From NCBI GenBank assembly GCA_040954595.2, contig CM082581.2:4642699-4706698 (forward strand): DNA of 64,000 nucleotides, read 5' to 3'. The DNA comes from Balanoglossus misakiensis. Lineage: Eukaryota > Animalia > Hemichordata. Under the pieces are notes generated by a model that saw nothing but the letters and a program-made list of their open reading frames with translations, was not told where the DNA came from and did not search any database. Below are positions 11,252-24,300 of the stretch, piece after piece (within the stretch, counting starts at the first letter, position 1; each line of letters begins with the position of its first letter). The position numbers and the translations under genes are program-made.

Positions 11252-13472
11252 TGCACGTAGTGATTTCACAGAGAAACATTCAAATGTCAAAACCCTTCTA
11301 CAGTATGCCGCTAAATGTCAATCTGAAATGTCACAAGTTCAGCGCAAGTTGGAGAGAAAATCTGAGATAAACAGAACATTGTGTGCCTAGGATAATAAAT
11401 GATGAATCTTAAACATTTATCGTACCAATAATTAATCTTTCGTAAGCCAAAAACTTAAACATTATTTCTGGTCATTGCTTTTATTCAAAGTAGTGTGGCA
11501 ATTAATGCAGTTTTTAATTTATTTTTTTTTCCTTGGGAAGAGCTAGGTGGACAAGGCAGATCATCATCATCATTACTACACAAGTACCTGTTGTTATAGA
11601 TCATATGTGGATCATGTGCACCCTTGACCTTGTTTTGAACTTTATTGCTCTGGCAGCCATCAATGCCACAAATCTGCAAGGCCACTTCTGGTTCTGCATA
11701 CAAACTTAATTCCTTTTGTGAAATGTGTATCTAGTAGTTAAGTTCCACCCCTAGCAGCACCTTTGTTGAGTTGAGTTGTGTCCATTTTGCCTTGCCGCAC
11801 TCCCCGAGTGTGTTATCGAGCAATGAAATTAGTAGGTAAGTGAAAGTTAGGGAAACCAGTGTTTTTCATACAATATTTAACCAAATTTCACAATGTTAAC
11901 TCTAAAACAACTGTTCCCCTTTAATGGTGATGGTCGAAAAATAACATACGTCATGCAACCTTGAATATGCACCAGTTCTGATTGTAAGTTATTATTGATT
12001 TCTATTATTGATCCTGCAATGATATTGATGGTATTTGTTGTTCTGTAGAGTCCTATCAATACTAGTCCTTTTATGAATGAGACAATCTCCTCAATAAAAT
12101 ACAAAATTACATCATTTTGAAAAGCGAGTATGATATTGTCTTCTTATCCAAGCACGGAAAGCCAATACGGTAGATCAGTAAACATGACCGCAAAGTCACG
12201 TAAATAGAAATAATTGGATCCTACTCGATACCCTTGAGGGATCTGACAAAAAGGGTCATGACCCCATAAGAAGTAAACAAGGCCAGGTGAAGGGCAAGGA
12301 GGTGTCAAAGCAGCTAAATGTATACTGATACCAGGGTTTCAATCAGTAAAACCGACCCAGTTCTAGGACAATGTTATGCTAATTGATGTGTTTATCTTAC
12401 AGCACATTATATTCCAAGGTAGCGGGGTGTCATCTTCACTTGAAACTATAGGTAGCACTGCCCTGCTAGCATTGTCATTGAACTGAGAGAAAATCTTGAA
12501 TTAATACAAGTGGTCAGAGCTAGATCATTTATTATATTATTTTTGTTCAAAATAATATGCCTGTTGATTGCATTACCTTTGGCCAAGCAGTGATGTTGCC
12601 ACACATTTTGCGTATGCGATATATGGTACAGCTTACAGCAACAAACAGTGTAAACATGTGACTGTTTGTTTCAAATTGTGGCATATGCAACATAGACAAA
12701 AGCTGTGGTAATAAGCGAGGTTATTAATGGTTAATTGGATATTAAACATCTTTGGGAAATTAGCATGTTTTGCAGAAAATGCATGTCAAGCGATACATGA
12801 TGTCATTACTTTTTATGCCACGTCCAATAAAATGCCAAGATTTTCACATGTGTTCTTTTCCCACAGCTTGTTCCAAAAATTCACCATGGGGCTAGAGTTA
12901 AAATATAAATCCTGGCCAATCAGACAGCTTAAATTGATTAAAGACTGCTATAAAAGTGCGATGGTGGTAGTGTGGTAGAAAAAGCAAACCAGGACAATAA
13001 GAAAAAATGTAAAGTTTTCAAAAGGAACAAAGCAAAAATGTGATAGAATGTATATATTTTACGAAGAGTGATTGGCCCATTCACAAACACATCACAAACA
13101 AAAGCATGTAAACATAAAAAAATTACTATTCAAAGTATTATAAAAGCAATAATGATATGTTAATTAAAGCAATTATAAGGAAAAGTCGCAAACAGGCCAG
13201 TACAATGTCTTTCCCATTATATAATTAAATTCTTTAAGATACAATTTTTGATTGAAACTGGCAATGACTAAAATTACCTAAAAGTAATTTTGAAACAGTA
13301 ATGAATACTTTTTCTGATTAAAATAAATCAATATTTCACTGTACTTATTAAACTGAAAATACTCTTGAATTTTATTGGGTTTTATTTGGCAGTTACACAA
13401 ATTTATAATCTTGGACCTGGTTAGGGGAACTGAATTTCAACTTGAATTAGAGTCTGTGTCTCTATTTTTACG

Positions 13473-13473
<1 letters not shown>

Positions 13474-13505
<32 letters not shown>

Positions 13506-13542
13506 AGACATACACACACATGCACACACACACTAACACACA
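13474..13542. repeat. (CT)n / (CA)n microsatellite
   Basis: ctctctct... run followed by an imperfect acacac run. Confidence 0.85.
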
Positions 13543-16500
13543 AAAAGGAAATTACTCGTGAAATTTATAAAATATTGTTTTGCAAACAATTAAATCTTCG
13601 TAATCTTCAGCAATTCATACTTGCTGTCTGCTCGATTTTATATTTTATAGTTCATCAGTGAACATTTTCTTAAAACAATTAACATTTACTTGTAAAAAAA
13701 ATAGCTTTACTTGTTTCCAAATAATGAAATGAAGAACTCTCACATGACCTTATTGTAGATTTTTGGAATAAGGATGTAATCATCTGATTTTCTTGAGAAA
13801 ACGCACATTATCGTTGTCCCTAAGGTGAGATGAAAGCATCACCATTTGTGGGCAGCGAATGACCTCTGAACTGTTGAAAGCTCATACAGAAAATGTAAGA
13901 TTTTGCACATACATATTGTTTTACAGGTCATCTTTTATCAAAAGCAAAGGATAAACGGACTGTTTTTTTTTCTTCAATTCTGTGAATGCACGAGGTACCT
14001 ATTCTGTGACCTTGGCAAATAAGACACATGAGAAATTCTGATGGCCAGAATTTTAATGTCATTAATTTTTAATTTTATTCCCCCAAAATTATGAGGAAAA
14101 ATTTAGATAAACAAGATTTTGAAATCTAAATTTTATTGAATGATTTGACTGTTAAAAAATAAGAATTTGGCAATTAATAAATTCGAAAAAAAAATATCTT
14201 ATTTTGCTATGTATTAGAATATATCACTAAAGTGTGGGTAAATTGCATGTTGAAATCAAAAGAAAGAAATGACATTGGTAAAAGACGTGATATATTTATT
14301 TTCCCAAGTAAAATTTGACCTGCAAATCTGTGTTTGTATATCTGAGATGTTCCAAGGTGCATATGCATACTATTAGCATATCAATGTCATAGTGACCTTG
14401 ACATCTGACCTAGTTCTGTAGGAAGGCCTTGTTCTATTGTAGTGGTTGAGGGAAGCAAGTGCTAAGAATTCACAGATTTTCCCTGCATTCTTTCCAAATA
14501 TATACCTTGATTCTCATGTCTTTTTAATCTTCATTCATCTTAAATTTTCATTTTTTATCATCAATTCAACTAGAACACATAGCATGCTTGTAGCACGGTG
14601 GAGATTTTGAAATAAATTTAAGGTGCAAAATATAGTGAGCTGTGTATATAATGCAAGGTTATAGATGGCAACCTAATTTTATATAAAATAGCTGTGACTA
14701 ACAATCACACATGCATTTCATTCGTTGCGTTTTAAACACACCCCTGACAGAAGACAATCTATCCTTCAGTAAATGAACAATGCAAATTGTGTTTTTTTCT
14801 TAGTAATTGATTTTATTAGAAAATCCCTCTAAAATCTGCACCAAAAATCCTCAAAATTGGAAAATAATTTTGCTGTGTATTCGTAATCTCGTGAGTTTTG
14901 TGAAAAAAATGCAGAAATGAGATACGGTCGAGTGTGCAGTTTGCAAAATAGGTCACATTAAATGCAGACGTTGGAATCAGTGGCTTGACAGAAGAAGCCG
15001 TATACACTGCCTGATTGACTGGGATATTTTTAGCCGAACGCCCACCAGTTCTCACCTTAATTTACGAAAGCAGAGCGGTTCATCTGAAAGTGTGCTTTAA
15101 ACGCGCAACATACTTCTCTCACAGTGACCTGCTTTCCCCGTTTCTCACAATCATTGATTTTTGTTCTATTTGTTATACCGGTCTTTGTAGTAAACAACTT
15201 CAGTCTGCGTGCACACTAGCTAGCTCTATTTCTAAGTGCAAGCAATTTCTGTTTTTTTTTCTCTCTCTCTCTCTCTTGTGACGAGTTATTTTTTCAGTCT
15301 CAGTAGCCTCGGGTTTCGAAGTGCATTTCTGTATAAACTGTATATTGACAGCATTTGAATTCTTGGAATCAGTACAGTGGTTTCCAGGTATCCATTGAAT
15401 ATAACTGCTTAATTACATTCTATTTTCTTTGCACTGATTTTTTGCAGGAATTTCCAATTCTCTGCTTGGTTACCTTTAAACATCAATTAACCTGGCAAAA
15501 AAATGCATGAATTTTTATTTCATTTGTAATTTTGTTGTATGATCTCAAAAATAAATAAATAAATACTCACTGACTCACTCCCTCCATCCCTCCAATCAAG
15601 GGAATGTCCACTGTACAGGTCATTTGATTTCTGGGGGTTGGATTGGGGATTTTTGGAGAAAAGTTAATGTAACAGTGACTGAACTGTACCTGTATAGTTT
15701 AGGTATTTTGTTATTTTGTGTTTTAAAGAGACAATCACATTATTGTCTGAGAACATGGTATGGATTTTCTCTTGCACACACCTGCTAAGACTTCATTGTC
15801 ACTCGAACTGAGAAAAACAAGTTGGGAATAGCCAACTGACAACAAATCAGTTGAGACAGGATGACTAATTTATTCCCAATTTTGCATACTGGTCGATCGC
15901 TATGACCACGAACAGGTCATTTTGCTGTCACCTAATGAATGTATGTATGTAAAATAAATAGGACTGTTAAGGTGGTACTGATGGATACAAATAGGTATTA
16001 TGGTTGCAAGCAATTAAAAAGCTAAAGTTTTGTTTATACAAGTCATGTGTCACAAATGTAGTTTATATTTTTTCCTAAAGCTGTGCACCAAATTTTCCTG
16101 GAGTTCTTTGTTCTCTATGTGGCTGAAAATGATTGACAGTTTTTGTTGTGTGAAAGGCCATTTTCTGATGATGTCCAATATTCTGCTTGTCAACATAGCC
16201 TTATGTGTGAGTAACTGACTGTCACTGTTAATGAATTCACATCAGGAATTACATTATATCAGTGCAACAGTGCCACAAATATAGTCTCATGATTGGATTA
16301 GAACCTGTTATAATTTGCATGAGTGACCGTATCCCTTTAATTGCCTCACTATCTGTTGATAATTTTAGTATCAACTGTGGTTTTCTCATGTTGAACACTC
16401 CCGATGTGTAACCTATGTCATCGCACTTTGAGATTAAAAAGGGCTGTTTTGGTTGAAAAGGTCACACCAAGCAGATAAACTGCATTTTACAGGTGCAGTA

Positions 16501-16882
16501 AAACAACATAAGCTATACACAAGGCTGGTTCTTCTGTGTTTACAAATAAACATTACGGACAATTTCTTTCTTAAGGTAATGCATACCTCGGGGACATACA
16601 TTGTATTTCCAGACAAATGACAGTCCTCCAAAACTTTCACTTTCTATTTTTAGTTATAAGAGAGAACAATCTAAAGTTGTAATGCCTTACGGCCAAAATA
16701 TTAGAAAGAGTTTAAGACTTTGGTTTTTCAGGATGTATTCCCCTTTAGGCTCTATATATGAAACAAACCAGTGTTTTGAAAACTCGATTCTCAAATAGGA
16801 AAATTGAACATTCGGCAGCAATGCCACAGGTTTTTTGACCTGTACAGCGATATAAACTGTAATAGTTTGTGTAACCACTTAA

Positions 16883-17050
16883 AGGTATACAGTGAGTCAC
16901 TCACCTCCAATTTACATATGACCATATATGGCGGAAATGGCATATGGTGGCACTCTTTTTTTTCGCGTGTGCCAGCCACTGAAAATCTGTGATTGGCTAG
17001 ATCTCAATTTGCCATGGTAATTTTCCATGGGTGACCGTATACATGTACCT
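16883..17050. mobile_element. MITE family A (Kolobok-like), copy 2
   Basis: TTAA|AGGTATAC...GTACCT|TTAA with shared internal sequence (ccactgaaaatctgtgattggctagatctc). Confidence 0.85.
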
Positions 17051-17069
17051 TTAAGGGTGTACCTTTCAA

Positions 17070-17163
17070 CCCCCCCCCCCCCCCCCCCCCAGTTCCGTCT
17101 TTAGAGGTCCAACCTCACCATTGAAAACAATAGCTTTTGGACTGAACCATGGTGGTGAAAGGG
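17070..17163. mobile_element. piggyBac-like MITE family B (about 90 bp), degenerate copy
   Basis: Shares cagttcc...ggtccaacct...ggactgaaccatggtggtgaaaggg with copies at 25964 and 31142. Confidence 0.7.
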
Positions 17164-17580
17164 TAAATGCACATTAAAGTGAAACTTGATATGTTGATGA
17201 AAAGGTTACTTGTAGAAATGTGGCTACTGGGGGGGGGGGGGGGCTTCAGATAGAAACACAAACAGACGAAATAACGTTGATTACATTTATAATAATTTAA
17301 TTACTTGTGGATGGTATACATTTGTAAAACAAAGTACAAAGATCAAGTTCTGTACTTAATATCAAAGTTATCAAATGGTAAAATAGTTTCAACTGGTTTT
17401 ATACAAATTACAATTTTTTGTTTGAAAATGATGGCTTGTGCCGTTCATTGCCACTTTTAATAGTGTCTGCAATTGGCATCAATCCGTTTAAAAGCAGTTA
17501 TTCCCACATCTCTGTACTGATAGCCTATCTCAGGACATATAGCAGCACACCCACATCTGGACAAAGTGTTGTGTATTGCT

Positions 17581-17749
17581 CAGGCAAAGTAGGCATTCTT
17601 TTCTGGGAAACAAACAAATAAACAAACAAATTCTTGTGTCAGCTGCTCGATCGCGCGAATTAGCGGCTTAATTCAAGACACTGCATTGTTGTTTGTTTGT
17701 TTGTTTCTTTATTTGTTTGTTTCCCCGAAAAGAATGCCTACCTCGCCTG
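17581..17749. mobile_element. Small MITE with CAGG..CCTG ends (hAT-like)
   Basis: TIR of about 45 bp: caggcaaagtaggcattcttttctgggaaacaaacaaata / tatttgtttgtttccccgaaaagaatgcctacctcgcctg. tgtgtattg is repeated on both flanks (imperfectly positioned TSD). Confidence 0.7.
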
Positions 17750-19790
17750 TGTGTATTGTCGTTGCTGTAGAAATTTCAATTCATAAACTTTCACCGGTGC
17801 TTTCTCACTAATTCTTTTTTCATGATTTTACTTCAGCTGCCGAGTGTAGCTTCCACAGTTTTACATTTGAGATTGAATAACATCGCACAACATGCCAGAA
17901 TTGATCTAGAAGTGGATTTTGTTCCCGCGCTGTTTTCAGAGACATTGCTTTTTCTTCGTTCATCCAGATTGCCACGAGACACGACAAAGATTGTAAAAAC
18001 GCTAAACTTATCATTATGTATCTTTCATTTGCTTTCCGAGTGACCCGACTGGTGTTACATTCAGTACCTATATGCAAACACTGCATGATTTCAATGCATG
18101 TACCGATTAAATAAAAATTCTAGGAAGATCTCCACATGTTTCATCAGAGTATATGTCAAAGCTTTGTCTTACATTTTGATGATTTAAGTATCAGGAAAAG
18201 GATCGTAGCACTTTTGGCAGAAGAAAAAAATGCATATGAATAAAAAATATGAGACAAAGAAAAAAACTCTTGTATCACTATCAGACTTTTTTTAGTTTCA
18301 TTTCATGGTACTTTCTTCTCACATTACCTCTAAGTGATTTCTACTCCTTCTGTAGGACTTTGTTTATTGTAATACTAGTGACAGACTGATTTATATCAAT
18401 TGAACTCTACAATATTTTACCTGGATATAATTTGCACTGGAGTGACATCAAAACGATTTATGCTGAGCATTCTTTTCGAGTATTTAAAAACAAAAGTTTT
18501 ACTGTTTTACTTCATTTTTTTGTTATAGTCCTCTTTACAAATTGGTTAATTTACATGTATGCAAATATCGTCAGTATGGAATTATGAATGTATACATGGG
18601 ACTGCCATATCCCCCAGTACACAGGACATTTCTTATATGCGAGGATTGGACGAAAAGTCTCAATGGACAAGTTGATGAACTCTGTATTAGCAGATTGAGT
18701 GAAACAGAAAAATTAGATTTTGCTTGATATGGTAAACTGCAAACCAGTGTATGGACAAATAGTGCTGCAGAACACATCCCGAGATAGGCTACCAATAAAA
18801 CAGCTGAAATCAGTTTGTGAACTCTCACTTACTAGCAGTCTGCTGGTAATGACAGTTCTGTGCAAACTGTTTAACCATGTCATTAAACTAGGCTAGCTCA
18901 GTATAGAAATATACCATCACAATCACCGATGCAATGGGTTTTAAATACACCCTTTAGCCTGTACGACTGGTTCCAACCAAACATAGCAACAAACCCCTTC
19001 CTGTAATGTACTCTGTAATTTTCTTCGGTTAAAAAAACATGCAAAAAATTATTTCAGATTGTAATCATGACTTCCTCAATGCAGTCACTTGTTTAAATAA
19101 AGAAACATTTCTAGTTAAATTGAACAGCTCATCATTGCACCTTTGCTGGTCCCTCCCACCATGCTTCTGTTATCAAAAGATTGATTTGCCTTCATTTAAA
19201 TGGACATTACACACCAAACTTGCATGTCAACCATTCTCGGTATCATGCAGTAGGCACTGCCAAGCAGAGGGTGGGTGGGGGAAAAGGTTACATGATTTGC
19301 AGTACTGTCAAATTACTAGTTGACGAAAAACGTCTCACAATGAAGTCTGATTCTAGACTTGGTCCTGTCTTGTAAAATGGCAAAAACTAGCTCTGCAGAC
19401 CCCTCTTTTGCTCCTTTCAAGAGAAATGTTCATGTTTTTTGATATCAACAAACATACTATTATTTGAACTGCATATTGAAAGTCAAAACAATTTGCGATT
19501 TTCATCATGTCTGCCTTCAACGTACACTGGGATGTCCTTGTGACCAGAAAAGCTTTGTTTTTTTTCGAATAAAACTCACAGGTTTTATATCCCAAACTTG
19601 TACAACACATGAAACAGTTCGACCCCCAAAACAGTCTGCAGAGAACTAGTTTTCAGCCAAGTCATACCTCCAAGCTTACACAGTAGGCAAGTATACACTT
19701 TGTCTACACAAATCACATATCTGGTTCTCTAAAATTTATAGTTTTTTTCTTGAGTTGCAATAAAATGTGCATATTGCCAGTTATGATTAA

Positions 19791-19968
19791 AGGTACACGG
19801 TCACCTCCAATATACATACGCCCATATATGGCAGAATTTGAGTATTCTAAAGAACATATGGTGGCGCTCTTTTTTTTCGCGTGTGCCACTCACTGAAAAT
19901 CTGTGATTGGCTAGATCTCAGTTTGCCATGGTAACTGTATATATATTTGCATAGGTGACCGTATACCT
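19791..19968. mobile_element. MITE family A (Kolobok-like), copy 3
   Basis: TTAA|AGGTACACGGTCACC...GGTGACCGTATACCT|TTAA. Confidence 0.88.
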
Positions 19969-22900
19969 TTAAATTCAATAATAAAAACGCCAAATATGGC
20001 TTCACAATGGGTTCTTAAGAAAGTAAACTGAATTTTCATAAAAATAATCATTTTAAGTTCTTATTATTTATATAAAAAATTGGAGAAATCTGGACACAAA
20101 TACAAGAGGTAGAAAAATGGGAAATTTTTGACGACTGTTTCTCTTGCTGCATATTCATGATGTTATAGTGGGTCTTTTTTTACTTTTCCGTTTTTAAATG
20201 CAAATGATGGATCTTGTTACGATAATAGAATCTTCCATATTTCTGCATAATTGGTACAAAAGTGTAAAAGTACTGAATTTTCATCGTGTCTCTTGCTCTC
20301 TTTGGAAGATACAAAACAGTTCTTGATTCAAAGATACACCATACGGTGGCAAGTTTTTTTCTGTATCAATTGCAAAATTGTTAAAAATTCTTCTGTCAGG
20401 ACAGTTACAAAGTTAAAGCTCATCAATAAAGATTAATTAGTACACTGAAAAAATTGACAATGGTAAAAACTTACTGGGCTGTCAATACGGACAATATAAC
20501 AACACCAAAAAACTGACACCAAAAAGATTTCAATTCTTGTATGGAAAATGATCCAAAATAATGCCCCAGGCTTCGACTCAATTTTATCACGTATTTCACT
20601 AAGCAATATAGAAAATGGACTTGATTTGTGATGAGAAAACATAGTCCGATATTTATTGGCTTGTTTTCAGTGTTTTTTGGAAATAAAGTAAGCATTTCAC
20701 TAAGACTGGAAGGTTTGGTTTTCAACCTTTCAGTACATGTATGGTTAGATGCAAGTGAAATGTATTTTTCGTTGATCTTTCAGCCTGGAACAAACTTACT
20801 TCTGATGCATTTCCATCCTTTGAATAAAACAAAAGAAATTTTTGAAAAAAGTCAAAGTTGAAAACTTTCACAGCACGGACAAGAATCTCAACTACAATGA
20901 ACAACGACTTGTACAAACATATAAAGTCAACACCTCCACAGTACACCAAAAACAAAAAACAAAATATGATTGGTTCACCTCAAAATTGGTTAAGGGTCCA
21001 TATTAAAATTGATATAAAAAAAGTTCAGAAAGATCCTACAATTGTCTACCTCCATTGGTTGAAGCACCATACCAAAATGCAGCATACAAGTATTTAAATC
21101 AGAAAACAACTGTCTTAGAAATTCCATATAAAATGGATGTACAAAAGTGTATTCTGACTTAGGAGCCAGACCAATTGAATTAGTTGTTACATGGATCTGT
21201 TGCAGTTTTCATTATGGACTGAATATTAATATCAGGTGCCCTGCATAGTCATTACCCTGTTCATTGAATCATAGGTCTTTCTAAACACATAAATTGGAAT
21301 AAAAAACAAACAAACTTCTGAATCACATTTTACAATAAAACTGTTTGCAGTATAAAGTTATACAAAAAAAACTCTTCATGACCATTAATTAGGTTTTTCG
21401 ACATGGAATGCTGGTATTTTGCATTATGTTTCTACGATGACACTGCAACAATGTGATTGTTTACGGTCCATGCAACATATCATGGGTTTGGTCTGGCCAT
21501 CCAATCATTTCAATCCACATGGCTGCTCTTCCAAGAATTGTCAGAAGTACAGTTCAAGTGTACCACTTCTTCGAAAAAAAGATATCCCGCCTTCTGAGTA
21601 TTGGCACCTTGGTCACAAAAGTTTTACGGTCATGAAACTGCACTTAACACGTTCCAGAGGTTCATTTTCTAGTCAGTATCACATTGGTCTCAATCATTTA
21701 ACGCCCGTGTGAAAAACGGTCACACACGTGAGGGCAGGCTTTACAATACTTCTGCGATCGGCAGCACAATTAAAAAAATGCTCCAAAAAATCCTCTAGGC
21801 AACTTAAATGACACAGATGGACTCTCGTTCACACTATTGCTTTAAATCACTGAAGTTTTTTCCCGTAATTCTCTTCATAATTTGGTCCATTAAAAACAAA
21901 AGCACAGTAGCGTCCAAAGTACCAGAGCAAGTCTGGGTGGTTTCAAGGTTTTTCGCTCGAAACATGTCATTTATGTTGCAATTGAAAATGGAAGCTGATC
22001 GGCTCAAATTGGGTAAACATATATCGTACAACAAACTTGATAAATTATCAGAAAGGGACTTTTATAAATGCATGTTGCAAGCTTTGTAATATTACATCCA
22101 ATGCAACGATCATCATCGCTACCATTTTCGTTCCCTGCATAAAGGTCAGTTGAATGAACTTGAAAACAAGGTGACAAATTCTACCAGTTTGGTGATTTAG
22201 TCTGTAGATGGGTAGTCGATAAAGAGAGGTTTCCCTTGCCTAGCTAAATATTCTCAGATATAGTCAGCATATTTCGGCAATCAGCGAATGATGATGTGCT
22301 GTGGCGGTTTAATCATACTGCTTGAGTCTGTAGTGCACCCTCACAGACTATCTGGCCACACTGAATTAAAATGGTATGATCCAGCATATACAATCACGCA
22401 GTGCACTAGGATCGGCCTTGCACTAGTTTTAGCATTATAATTTGTGTTAAAACGTAAATAAATGATAAAAGTTTTTTTTTCTTTCAAAAATGGTCTAAGC
22501 AGTGAAGAGTTAAAATCCACCCATACATTTTGATCCCAGGAGTTACCCTACTGATTTAAAAACGCTCCCTTGTTAATTGATCAAAAAGGACAGTGCCCCT
22601 TTCCACTACCTTCAGAAAAACACTGTTGCTATGGCAACATAATGGTGAAATACAGCAGCAAAATACAAAAAAGGACCTTGTGTAACATCAGCATAAGTTG
22701 CTAGTGAATCAAAACATTTGTTAAACGTGGCTTGGAAAGAAAATAAATGAGGCTAAAAAACCATGGTAATATTTAAATAAGGTACAAAACAGCTTTTTAT
22801 AATAAAATGACAACCTGCGAAAAATGAGCGCAACTGAAAAACACGGCAAGCCTAATTTGCAACGGCTCATATTGACCTGCATCTGATCACCACAAAATCC

Positions 22901-23093
22901 GACCTCGCAGTGCATTTTCAGTCGTTCTCTTTTTATATATATTTTAGAACACTCGACATCTGTGCTTCCTCCCTGCGCCTTCCTTCCATCGCCAATGAAA
23001 ACCATCATCATCAATACCTTCGCTAACCTCACCATTGCTACTGAATTTTTTCACTCATTATATTTATCGTGCTTTTTTACCCGGCCTCGTTCT

Positions 23094-23777
23094 TCACTCT
23101 CCAGACAATTCTCCCGCGGCAGCCGCCTCCACGATGGCTTTCTTCAGGGGTTTGCTGCGCGGTTTTTTGGCCACTGGTACCTCTACTTCTGGCTCTGGTG
23201 TGTCACCTTCGGCCGCGGCTGTGGCGAGGGGGGCCTTCCTCTTCCTTCCCCGTCCTGATGACCGTTTGCCGGTTGTTTCAGCATCCGGCGTTGCTACGAC
23301 GATCTTGCGGGGTCGCCCTCTTCCTCGCCCCGTGCCTTTGCCCTTCTTCCCCGCGGCCTTCTTTGCCTTCGGTTGTGATTGCTCCTCGCCCGTGCCTGCC
23401 GATTCGGATTTTCTCGGTCTGCCCCTGGCTCGCTTGGGACCGGCGGTGGTGTCCTTTGGCGGGTATTTTCGAGGTCTACCTCTGGGTCTCTTAGGGCCGG
23501 TCTGTTCCACCACGGGTTTGTGTTTCCGTGGCCTGCCCTTCGGCCGCTTCGCTCCTTCAGGCACCGGCTCTTGGATTTTGGGAGGCAGTGGCTTTCGACC
23601 CCGCTTCTTCTTGGGCACCTCGGGTTGCTCTTCCGACGTACCGGCTTCTGCGGTCACGGCAGGCGCGATGTCAGAAGCTGTTTCCAGTGATATTGTTGGA
23701 GCAGAGGTTGCCGGTGAAGCTTCAACATCGTCGGTAGCGACTGCCGTCGTCGTCTCTTTACCTTCCGCGGTGCTCAT
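23094..23777 (-). CDS. HMGA: HMGA-like AT-hook chromatin protein, 227 aa, intronless CDS
   Basis: First ATG at 23777 (MSTAEGKETT). AT-hooks KRPKGRPRK, KRPRGRPRK, KRARGRPRK and GRGRGRPRK, plus hook-like KKRGRKP and GRGRKRK, in a low-complexity K/R/E/P/A-rich protein with no other domain. A candidate 5'UTR splice acceptor (cacttttcctgttgctgtag) lies at 23901-23920 on the minus strand. Confidence 0.85.
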   Translation of the reverse strand: MSTAEGKETTTAVATDDVEASPATSAPTISLETASDIAPAVTAEAGTSEEQPEVPKKKRGRKPLPPKIQEPVPEGAKRPKGRPRKHKPVVEQTGPKRPRGRPRKYPPKDTTAGPKRARGRPRKSESAGTGEEQSQPKAKKAAGKKGKGTGRGRGRPRKIVVATPDAETTGKRSSGRGRKRKAPLATAAAEGDTPEPEVEVPVAKKPRSKPLKKAIVEAAAAGELSGE

Positions 23778-23900
23778 GTCGAATGCAACGGTGTGGCCGT
23801 ACACGTTCGAGACGATCGTTGCTCGCGTTGTCAAATCTCTCGCTTAAAATTTCGTGAGCTGAATTTGTAGCTGAAATCGCGCAGATGTGTACTATATCGA

Positions 23901-24300
23901 CTACAGCAACAGGAAAAGTGGCTGAGCCTCACTCAGCATTTACAGCGGCAACAACAATACCACACTCGTTAGCCTTGACCCTCCAAGGTTGATTTCCAGG
24001 GTACTTGGAATATACCACTAGCTGTGTGGGAGCGGTTTGTTTTGTGTCATGTCACGCACGCAATGATGTTGTACTTTCAAGAGCTCTTTCCTGGGTAAAT
24101 TTTACATGCCATTGCAGATAATATAGAGTTTTGAATCAACTTAGTACGTTCACGGAAGTGTGCTTTGTATCAGTGGAAATGCTGCCCTAAATTTAATCAT
24201 TCCTATTCACCGATACCTTTTGCTGATATCCCGCAACCCCCACAGATAAAATCCTTGCGTCCGGTAACATACGCGTGCGCGTGGTGGCGCACTTTTTGAC
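23901..24300. promoter_or_regulatory. Candidate shared (bidirectional) promoter between HMGA-like and PNK-HAD-CYREN genes
   Basis: Divergent start codons are about 520 bp apart (23777 and 24301). A CpG-rich patch lies at 24255-24340 with an NRF1-like cgcgtgcgc, and a YY1-like ACATGGCG overlaps the ATG. Confidence 0.5.

Noticed and set aside
20106-20112. let-7 seed match (CTACCTC on the minus strand) downstream of HMGA
   Set aside because: A single 7-mer in about 11 kb is expected by chance, and the 3'UTR extent is unknown.
23035-23847. 270-aa and other plus-strand ORFs
   Set aside because: Antisense shadows of the GC-rich HMGA-like CDS with no recognisable motifs.
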